Origin: Corallochytrium limacisporum Hawaii
Taxonomy: Eukaryota > Protista > Pluriformea
Length of the DNA stretch: 48,322 bases
Assembly (NCBI GenBank): GCA_002811645.1
Contig: PDIP01000100.1
Span: 38,220-86,541 of the forward strand
Direction of reading: 5' to 3'
Part shown: positions 35,001 to 43,290 of the stretch, piece by piece
Numbering within the stretch: position 1 is the stretch's first letter
How the letters are laid out: each line of letters opens with the position of its first letter
Position numbers and translations under genes: made by a program
Notes under the pieces: model-generated
Database searches by the model: none
What the model saw: only the letters and a program-made list of their open reading frames with translations
What the model was told of the DNA's origin: nothing

Positions 35001-36655
35001 TGCTCATCGAACCTTCCTTCGCTACATCCGTGCGGCGAAATTTGAACTTGGCCAGGTTTACCCCCGTTGAGAATGTTAACTCAGAGACTACCAGGGCATA
35101 CCTCGGTACCTACGCACAGAACATGGAATTGATTCCTGGCGGATTGGAGTTTTTATCCTGTTCCGAGAACAATTCGTGTGCACCGGCAGAGACCAACTGT
35201 CCCAACAACCGTGACTTTATCGTGCTCTCTCTCGTCCAGGACAGCGACTGTGGAGGCAAGCCCTGCATCACCGCCAGCGCTCTGAATGAAGTATTCGAGA
35301 CCGAGGAATATCTCCTTCCGGACAACGGAGGCCAGATTGTGGTCACCCAAAAAGACGGGGCTGCTACTCCCACTACAGCCGTGGATGTGATTTCCAACGA
35401 TGCCGCAGTTGCATACCTCTTCTGGAAGGGCAATGGCTACCAAGCCATCGGCGTCGCCGAGGCCACCGGTGGACAGCCGAGCTATGTGGCCACCGCCTGG
35501 GTCCGCACTGACAGTGGCCTGACCACCTTTGACCAGCTCCAGGGCAAGACTTCATGCCATACGGGCATGTTCAAGTCCGCCGGCATGTTCATGCCCGTGG
35601 GCTGGGCTGCCCAGAACTCTAACGCGTTCAAGTCGGTCATGGAGTCTACCGATGAACTGTCCAATCCCATCACCGCCTGTAACTCTGGCCTGCGCATGAC
35701 ATTGTACAACTTCTTTGATGCGTCGTGCGCCGTCCCCGTTCAGGAATTCGCTTCCGGTATTTGCGACGCCTGCTTTGGGAACGCAAGCGCAGGGGACGAG
35801 GCCTCATGTACAAGCGCTAACCGCTACGCCGGGTACGACGGTGCTCTACGCGGCCTGATGGAAGGTGCCTGTGACGTTGCTTTTGTGCGGGAGTCCAGTT
35901 TCGATGACTATTGCACAGGCGATAATGCGGCTGATTGGTGCCGGAGTAATGTCAAGGTTCTGGATGAGCTCTCCAACGGTGGCTTTGGCGATGTGCCCGG
36001 GCACCCCCTCATGGTGAGTGCCGCATTAGCTTCTACTCCGGTTGGGCAGCAGGTCACGGACCGGATCATGGCGCTGCAGTCTGATGACAATGTGGACCAG
36101 GATACTCTGGGTGAGCTGAAGGTCTTCTCCAGTGAACAGGCTGGTGAGGAAGCCTACACCGAGTCTATTTTGGGAGAGTATGGGGCCAATGTTGAGAACG
36201 TGCCTGGAGTCAAGGAGGACGAGCTCTGCAGAATCGGCGAAGGGGAGCCTGACTGCTCCACTGCGCTCGAGGGCGAATGTGATAACTACCTGGCCGATGG
36301 TATTGACAATGGCAATTCAGGGGGCGGGACTGGCAGTGATTCCGATGGGCTCTCCGACGGTGCTATTGCCGGCATTGTCATTGTCGTGCTCGTGGGCGTG
36401 GCTGCCATTGCTGGTATTGTCTTCTGGGCCATGCGTCGGGCTCGTGCTAATCGCAAGTACGAAAACCATACAGACGACGTGGAGATGACCCCCAGCACTC
36501 ACAGCTCCATGTCGAAGCCGAACAATGTGTACAAGTATTCTGAGGACAGCTTGCCGCACGTGGAACACGCGGCAAGGGATGCAGGGTCTTCGGGCTCTCC
36601 CACATATGCCTTCACCATTGATGATCAGCCTACTAACGGTGCTGAGCGCCTCTGA
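32081..36655 (+). CDS. Type I membrane protein with four tandem transferrin-like lobes
   Basis: Signal peptide MRFIHIAPAALLAVGAAG; four repeats of CHTG..K.AG..MP, Y.GY.GA..GL....CDVAFV and VP.H; TM helix GAIAGIVIVVLVGVAAIAGIVFWAM followed by RRAR; cytoplasmic tail of about 75 aa. Confidence 0.93.
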   Translation: MRFIHIAPAALLAVGAAGQTLRIALAGDATELTEAQRDALDDFNEGRDLEVEFVSSEFNSIDGAVQGEADLVNIDGVDAVAAFLAEEALLVGFENEGSYTATPVVRVNSDIQSFADMRDRNACHTGTFKSAGTFMPLGYAVENSEITNIVQMYTGDHYDGCESPVIETARNYFRDICMPANSPGWPGYCGLCPGDCDNTSEYSGYKGALKGLVDNICDVAFVKSTTVADYCAKIDNCDNDDYRSITLKNADGSDADMTVPSHSLLVLPSLNIDIEEVKTTIRELVADDVLKPAVTEADAVTVDGTTTEEHIGSYAEKLESVPGFSEFLECTKAGPNECPEVETDCTYDTATPFLRIGLPEDLWERRAQIQTYLNTQATDDERIVLARTDSIYRLNDNSVDSIDLDSGAAAIGSLRFEQQVSVVEVDDGAQNYVASALVRSDSGLSTFSDLRGKKSCHTGFLKTAGMQMPVGWSVQNRHKTGMKATLVTGYGIDQCRSPLLYTVRDYFGASCAPPTTAGHVGICDLCYSGAEAEGAAGESVCDSGNRYAGYNGALRGLIEGACDVAFVRSTTFNDACGANDSPAWCDGAPDIEELAEIQEAGGFAKVPTHPIMVRNNAPEQAVRIASLLTTAEAATAFDKTFDYVDGVDESQVGTKAATDAHLESYVENVQNVPGMLSLLNCEALDECTPDVDTDCPATPLAVQMHFALGDDPYRTNASALITAFKNVNENRNTNIVGLDAGSANELEGNTVDVAFLDASEGTYAWLNYGSLIIGNEVRNDGTDAYKAFPWVRKDSGIKTYSQLEGKKSCHTGLLKSAGSFMPVGYGIRAGHIDPSVIDAQLDACTSPLIDTIRRYFGESCAPPASEGEAGICDLCDPDTPCDSNNRYAGYDGAFQGLVDGVCDVAFVRQKTPDEYCGIDADPGNKPEFCDANLDDFEMLEELQRTVTGLGTVPEHAFYVRNDLSDAFIGHAQALLIEPSFATSVRRNLNLARFTPVENVNSETTRAYLGTYAQNMELIPGGLEFLSCSENNSCAPAETNCPNNRDFIVLSLVQDSDCGGKPCITASALNEVFETEEYLLPDNGGQIVVTQKDGAATPTTAVDVISNDAAVAYLFWKGNGYQAIGVAEATGGQPSYVATAWVRTDSGLTTFDQLQGKTSCHTGMFKSAGMFMPVGWAAQNSNAFKSVMESTDELSNPITACNSGLRMTLYNFFDASCAVPVQEFASGICDACFGNASAGDEASCTSANRYAGYDGALRGLMEGACDVAFVRESSFDDYCTGDNAADWCRSNVKVLDELSNGGFGDVPGHPLMVSAALASTPVGQQVTDRIMALQSDDNVDQDTLGELKVFSSEQAGEEAYTESILGEYGANVENVPGVKEDELCRIGEGEPDCSTALEGECDNYLADGIDNGNSGGGTGSDSDGLSDGAIAGIVIVVLVGVAAIAGIVFWAMRRARANRKYENHTDDVEMTPSTHSSMSKPNNVYKYSEDSLPHVEHAARDAGSSGSPTYAFTIDDQPTNGAERL

Positions 36656-38137
36656 AGAGGTTGATCCGAACTTGTTCCAAATGCTTTTGATGACCAGATG
36701 ACCGTACCTGTGAGCATAACCATGGTTATCAAAAATTAACCAAGAACCCCGATACTAATGATTCGTGACAAGAGTGGACACATCACTTAGATCATCAACA
36801 CAACATCGTATCCCAAATCATACATAGTCCAAAACAGCATAATTTATCAATTCAAGAAACGCCATAAGTGCCGATCATGTTGCATTCAGCAGGTCTGAAT
36901 CTTATCATGATCTCTTCCAGACATTCCAGTTCTTAGTAATCTCAACCCTGACGTTTGCCAACCGTTTCTGCTCTGCCCGTACGGTCCGGGCCGTTCGCCG
37001 ACCGCGCTCTGCGGTCCACATCCGGACCCTTTCGATCTAACCTAACCCCTCCCCCCCCCCGGGGGCCTTGCCGTCACGCTCTCTCCGCCAAACACCACCC
37101 ACCACCACCGCCCCTCCCTCCGCCACCACTCTGCGCAGACCCCCTCTTTCTTCAGGACCGACGGTAACCCAACAAAATACCCCCCCCCTCTCCCCAGGGA
37201 CGCGAAGCACGCAAAGAGAGGAGAACGGGAGAAGGAGGGCAGGAGCCCGGAGAGGGCTCGGTAGTGCAATAAAATCGACCAAAGCAAAAGCAAAAAGAAA
37301 AAAAAATGAGAGAGAAGGAGATCTCGGGCTCTCGCTCTCTCTCTCTCTCTCTTCCCTCTCCCGCGCTGGCAGTTTTCCAGGTGGCTTTTCCGGGTCTCGC
37401 TACTTTTACAACCGGCGCTTTGCACCGGACGCCCGACGACAAAAGAAAGATCGAGAGCCGCGCTCCAAAGGACCGGAGAAATGGCGAGGAGGGGGGGGGC
37501 CGGGGAGGTGATCGGGACTCGGACGGTCAGCGGGTCTGACGTGAGGTCTCCCGCCCCGGAGGGGGGGGCCTTCCACCGGGCAACGGGACAGACGGAGACC
37601 CAACTGTGGGCTGGTGGAAACTTTTGGGAGGACAGAGAGTGCGAGACCATTGGTTGTGGTCTGGTGAGTTCTCGTTGGATGTTTTGGGGAACTGCGGCAT
37701 GTGCTTGATCGCACTCGGGATTTCCTGTCCATAGGTTGCTTTGTTCGTTTTGGACTAAGTGCAGTGAGTTCGCAGCAAAGGACTGGGCAATCCTGGAATC
37801 GCCCGGCACGTCGCATGAGAGATGAGAGGGTCTTTGAGGCGCAGAATGTCATGTGAAGTAGCTACATTGATGTGCTATTTCATCTTCACACCTGGAAACT
37901 TTGCATTTGTTTCGCTTGGTTGTACAACTGTGTGTGTGTAAATGTCCAGAGAAAGTTTGTAAACAAGTTCGCACAGCGTGCTTAGTCACCATTCGACGAG
38001 ACGGCCCGAAACGACGCCGTCGTTCTGAATCATCAGAGGGATCGCAGCGCGACCAAGATCAGCAACAAGCGCACAAGGCACAAGCACACGGAAAACAAAG
38101 GAGATTCAGGCGATTTTTGCGGGAAAAGATCAACAAT

Positions 38138-40774
38138 ATGGCAGACACTGACACTTCGGAGACGGTTGCACCCGCCACCACCGATCCTTGTCGTGGTAGC
38201 AGCCGTGGCAAGGGTAAGCAACGTATTGACTCCGCCTATTTCGATAGCGATGAGTGTTTAGAAGTTGAGGACTACCATTCTTCCCGGGATGAAGAAAAGG
38301 CATCAATGGATGTAGACCATCACAAACAAGACCACAAGGACAATGCCTGCCACATTCTACATGTTGACCTCGATACTCTCTTTTTACTGTGCTACAAATA
38401 CCTCCGTGGCAAGGATGTGGCAGAGTTAAGCGCAACCTGCCGCTCCATGCGCAACGCATTGCAACCGGTCTGGTCGATCCTGATTCGACGTGACTTTGCA
38501 CATTTTCGTAAGGATCTGGGCATTGACCTCCCAGACGCCGTACGTTTCAGTCTAACCGACCCAAGTGGGGTCAAGGACTTCCACACTGGCCAATCCGGTA
38601 GTACAGATACCAAGTTCCATCGCAAATCCGTTGGTCTGAAGCAACAATCATGGTCTATCGCAGAATACGCCGAACTCTTCGCCGTCACTAGCCTTAAAAG
38701 GGCATGTTGGGTGCCATGCTTCAAGGACCGGGACCCACCGTCAAGTTTCTTCATGGGCTGGGCAGGTGGCATAGACGACAATTCGGAGGATGAAGACTAC
38801 TCACCAGGGCATGAAGCGGCACATTCTAGGAACAGCACTACTCGCATGAACGTCAGGCTCCGAAATGATCGCAATCCGGTAATGCTTCAGTTGTTGCGTA
38901 GGATCTCATTGATTTCTGGGCTGCGGTTCGTCGAGTGGGATGGGCACAATGCCGAACATGATGATGAACCACAGGACCGTAACAACGACTATGGCGTTGA
39001 AGCCATGGCAAGAGAAGATGATTATAACGATGATGACGATGATGGCAGTGATGACTACATGGAGGATGAGCAAGGCACAACCGATGATGATGAACATGAG
39101 GAAGTTACAGAACCTGGCAGTGCCACTACCGAAGCAGACTCACGGACACAGCCATTGTACCACCAGCCTAGGCCGGCTCCGCGTCCGCAGCCTCGTCAGG
39201 TACTGCGCCCGGCCAGTCGCGAAGGTCACGCTGCAGCAGAACTAGATCATACGATGATTCTTTTCGGTGGCTTCACGAGTCAACATCGCGCCGTTTCTAA
39301 CGACCTTTGGCAGTACACCCCACCGTCACGTGACGCGCTCCGCGAGAACGTCCGGCTGCAGACAGAAACGGAGGTCAGGGACAGGGCCAGGGGCAAGGTT
39401 GTGGATGACACGTGTTCGCAGTCCACATCTAAGACGGATCCTGATCTAGACGCTGGTACGGACTGTATCGAAACACCATCCGGAAATTGGTGCCAGATCC
39501 AGCTCCACAGCTCTTCGATCCGACCGCGTGAACGGTACGGACACACCCTGACGAACATTGGTGGTGGCAAGCTGCTAACATTTGGTGGCATGTTCTTTCC
39601 CGGATACTGTGGAGAGACTAACGATGGCATGATTCTAACACGCAGGAGGCTTTGTAAGAATACTCCAGATCACGAACAATCGACATTGCTGTCCTCCGAT
39701 CAGAGTACGAGCAATGAACTGCATGATCATGACAATGATGAAGAATTCGAATGGAGCTGGTTGCCAATCGAGCATGCGCTCGATCCCACGACCCAGTGGC
39801 CGTCACGACCTTCGTCCGCAGGTGCGAATACCTATACTCCTCGTCGTGAAATCCGCCACCGCAGTGAGGACAGTGCCGGTTGTCCTTTGTCGCCTGCGCG
39901 AGGCTACCATGCCGCGTGCTATGACCACGTCGAAGGCATGTACTATGTCTTTGGCGGCATCAGCGAGGGCGACACGCTTGCCGATCTGTGGATCCTCAAT
40001 GTCGGTTGTTTTGACGAGGTCAAGGGTACACTGCATGACGCGCGAAGAGAGGAGAGTTTGATGGGTGGCATTCTGCCTGAGCTTGGGCAGTGGAAGCAGG
40101 TTGAAACCAAGGGTCCTTATGTGCCCTCACAGCGCATGGGATGTACCGCGCATGTCATCGGCGACAAACTGTTCCTAGTCGGTGGCGGCAACTCACCCAT
40201 GCTCCTACACGGAGGGCCTGACTACCATGATGTCTACTGCTTGCCATTGCGATCACCGACGGAAGGGTCGGCACATGATCTGAATAACGATAGTCTCGGC
40301 AGGGACCACCGTTTTAACCACACAGAGCGGTTCTGCTGGAGCAGTGCCGAATCCATGACAGAGATATCGTCGAACCGGCCGCCGGTGCCGTCGGTTGGAC
40401 GGTGCCACGCATCGGTGACGATTGGGTCTCGCATAGTTGTCCACGGCGGTTCATCACGCACTTCAAAAGTGCTTTGTTCGTTTGACACGGAGTCTGGGCT
40501 GTGGTGGAACCACTCTGATGATCCCATGGCACATCAGCGGTCCCAGTCCACTGGATCGTCCTCGGCCTTTGGTGGATCTTACAACATCCACAGACCGGCC
40601 GGATGGTTTAGTTCAAATTACTGTCCAAATCGCCACTCCCTTGTGGCCGGTGTGGCACCTTCAGCACGATTCACGCACACATTGACCTGTCTCGGAGACG
40701 GACGGATTGCTTGCTTCGGAGGGTACAGCCAAGGCGCGCCGATGGGAGATCTGTACGTGCTCAGTGTCATTTGA
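38138..40774 (+). CDS. F-box / kelch-repeat protein (FBXO42-like architecture)
   Basis: F-box-like LDTLFLLCYKYLRGKDVAELSATCRSMR..VW; kelch repeats REGHAA..LFGG, RYGHTL..TFGG, RGYHAA..VFGG, RMGCT..VGG, RCHAS..VHGG, RFTHTL..FGG. First ATG at 38138, but the frame is open back to 37901. Confidence 0.88.
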   Translation: MADTDTSETVAPATTDPCRGSSRGKGKQRIDSAYFDSDECLEVEDYHSSRDEEKASMDVDHHKQDHKDNACHILHVDLDTLFLLCYKYLRGKDVAELSATCRSMRNALQPVWSILIRRDFAHFRKDLGIDLPDAVRFSLTDPSGVKDFHTGQSGSTDTKFHRKSVGLKQQSWSIAEYAELFAVTSLKRACWVPCFKDRDPPSSFFMGWAGGIDDNSEDEDYSPGHEAAHSRNSTTRMNVRLRNDRNPVMLQLLRRISLISGLRFVEWDGHNAEHDDEPQDRNNDYGVEAMAREDDYNDDDDDGSDDYMEDEQGTTDDDEHEEVTEPGSATTEADSRTQPLYHQPRPAPRPQPRQVLRPASREGHAAAELDHTMILFGGFTSQHRAVSNDLWQYTPPSRDALRENVRLQTETEVRDRARGKVVDDTCSQSTSKTDPDLDAGTDCIETPSGNWCQIQLHSSSIRPRERYGHTLTNIGGGKLLTFGGMFFPGYCGETNDGMILTRRRLCKNTPDHEQSTLLSSDQSTSNELHDHDNDEEFEWSWLPIEHALDPTTQWPSRPSSAGANTYTPRREIRHRSEDSAGCPLSPARGYHAACYDHVEGMYYVFGGISEGDTLADLWILNVGCFDEVKGTLHDARREESLMGGILPELGQWKQVETKGPYVPSQRMGCTAHVIGDKLFLVGGGNSPMLLHGGPDYHDVYCLPLRSPTEGSAHDLNNDSLGRDHRFNHTERFCWSSAESMTEISSNRPPVPSVGRCHASVTIGSRIVVHGGSSRTSKVLCSFDTESGLWWNHSDDPMAHQRSQSTGSSSAFGGSYNIHRPAGWFSSNYCPNRHSLVAGVAPSARFTHTLTCLGDGRIACFGGYSQGAPMGDLYVLSVI

Positions 40775-40990
40775 AGCGCAATGTGACAGTGCATGTTGTA
40801 GGACATAAAGCGACACATTAAAGGCTTAGGAAACGATTCTTCATGCTGTATGTAATTAATATGTTAAATAAGGGAAATATTTAGAAATATGCTGTGAAAA
40901 GTGTTATAGAATTAGACTCGAACATCTTTTCCAAAAGGAAAGAAAAAGTTGTGGGGTTGGGGTTTGGTAGTTTCAGAGTTGAGAGCAAAT

Positions 40991-41344
<354 letters not shown>

Positions 41345-41394
41345 TTACTAACCTGTCAACATGTACATGATCTATAGTGGAGACCTTGAGATGC

Positions 41395-41410
41395 CTTTAA
41401 GTACCCGAGC
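41395..41410 (-). promoter_or_regulatory. Shared histone core-promoter motif GCTCGGGTACTTAAAG (H4)
   Basis: 15/16 identical to 42516-42531; ends 93 nt before the H4 ATG. Confidence 0.7.
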
Positions 41411-42515
41411 CGAACACTGGGAAGTTTAGAAGAACCGTAGACACCAGCACGGCAGAGGAGAAATACCGACCGCACGAAAGACTTGGAACGCCAAACAGTG
41501 AGGCACACCACCCAGGTTGCAGATATTTCAAAACCCCACCGTGGACTTGGACGGGTTTCAGGTTCCATAGCGGAACAAAGGGGTAAAAAATGGGTAAAGA
41601 AGACACCGTGGCACACAACCCGTAAGCAACGGTCATCAAGGTCCCATCAAACAAAGCCCCAGCACAGCCATGGTGCGGCCATGCCCAACGGCGAACGCGA
41701 CCCGGAACTGGAACGCTTGGTGCCTGGCGGAAAATCAGTAGACTGCTCCTCCCCCAGATTTGACATATAGGTCTGATCCGGCCCCATTACCTTGATGCCA
41801 AAGGCTATATAAATATACTGAACATATTATCAGGGATCGCGAGTGGTACTTACATTTGTTGCTCCGCCCTCCACAGCCCGGAAAAAGCCATGGGTGTCTC
41901 CACCTCGGGTGCCCTTCCTCACCCTCCCCTTTCCCCTCCCTTTCCCCTCTGCCCAAGTGCGGGTTCACCCGTCTATTTCGGTGGATTGTGCAAAACCGGC
42001 CGCCCAGACCGCGCTTTACGGATCGAAAGACCCAAATCCGTATTCCAGACGTGCCCACCGTTTGCGCGGGAAGTGCGACCCCCCTCTCCCGACCCGGCTT
42101 CGGGATCCAAAGTCCAGTATTGATCGGAAATGCCCTCCGGGGTTAAAAAGAGGCCCCGGTTCCATCCTTTGGATCCGGCTAATGTTATTAACTGTTTAGG
42201 GCTCAGTTATAATGCGGGACGGGTCCGGATCGAAATGGCTGGAGATTGAGGGGGAAAGAACGAGGACCCAAGGGCAAATGGCGGTCCGGGAGCAGCAAGG
42301 GGGAGGGGAGCACACGGGACTGTTCAGAGATACCCAGGGTCCATCTTTTTTCAGTAGAATTTCCCGTACTTTTCGTATAGTTAGCCAGGGGTCGCCTGGT
42401 GTCAGTCACGTTCTATGCGTCAGTCTGTGGTCCGACGTTTCGGCGGAGTCTTAGTCCGGAGGACCGCTCTGCGTTTCGGCAACAGCAGACCCGAAGGCAT
42501 TGACCTGCGCGTCAC

Positions 42516-42531
42516 GCTCGGGTATTTAAAG
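42516..42531 (+). promoter_or_regulatory. Shared histone core-promoter motif GCTCGGGTATTTAAAG (H2B), TATA-like
   Basis: 15/16 identical to the H4 copy; ends 90 nt before the H2B ATG. Confidence 0.7.
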
Positions 42532-42620
42532 CAGCCACAGATCTACCACCTTCACAGACACAAGTCTTGCTCGATTAAGACTTAAATCTTCATACGATAA
42601 TCTAACCACAAACTATCATC

Positions 42621-42989
42621 ATGCCACCTGTTGCATCCAAGAAGGGCGAGAAGAAGGCCGCCGGCAAGAAGGGCGGAGACAAGGGCGGTAAGCGCAAGAA
42701 GGCCCGCAAGGAATCTTACTCCATCTACATCTACAAGGTTCTCAAGCAGGTCCACCCTGACACTGGTGTCTCCAACAAAGCCATGTTGATCATGAACTCC
42801 TTCGTGTCTGACATTTTCGAGCGTGTCGCCAACGAAGCTTCCCGTCTTGCCAAGTACAACAAGAAGTCCACCATCACTTCCCGGGAGATTCAGACTGCTG
42901 TCCGTCTGCTCCTGCCTGGTGAGCTTGCTAAGCACGCCGTCTCGGAAGGTACCAAGGCCGTGACCAAGTACACTTCCTCTAAGAACTAG
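42621..42989 (+). CDS. H2B: Histone H2B
   Basis: [20 protein letters not shown]...[30 protein letters not shown]. Confidence 0.99.
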   Translation: MPPVASKKGEKKAAGKKGGDKGGKRKKARKESYSIYIYKVLKQVHPDTGVSNKAMLIMNSFVSDIFERVANEASRLAKYNKKSTITSREIQTAVRLLLPGELAKHAVSEGTKAVTKYTSSKN

Positions 42990-43290
42990 ACTGGTTGAAG
43001 GAATTTAAAAACTTCATCCTTTTTTTGTTTGTTCGCATATTTCATATAATACATTACTTTCCATCATTAACATGCAGAATACAGCAAACAAGACCGCATC
43101 TTCCACGTTTGTTTTGCACATTTCCGAGACCCTACGGAGCAGACACTCTCTTCCGTGATTTGCCAGATCCCCATGTTGGACTGAACATTACAACATAAGC
43201 TGCGCAGACTTATATTTGTCTGATAAGTAATTCTTTAAGTTTAGCATATTGTTTGCCAATGGAAAGACAGTGCTTATTATCCAAGACGGT

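Noticed and set aside
42995-43017. TGAAG...CTTCA hairpin after the H2B stop
   Set aside because: A 5-bp stem with a long loop; does not match the histone stem-loop consensus.
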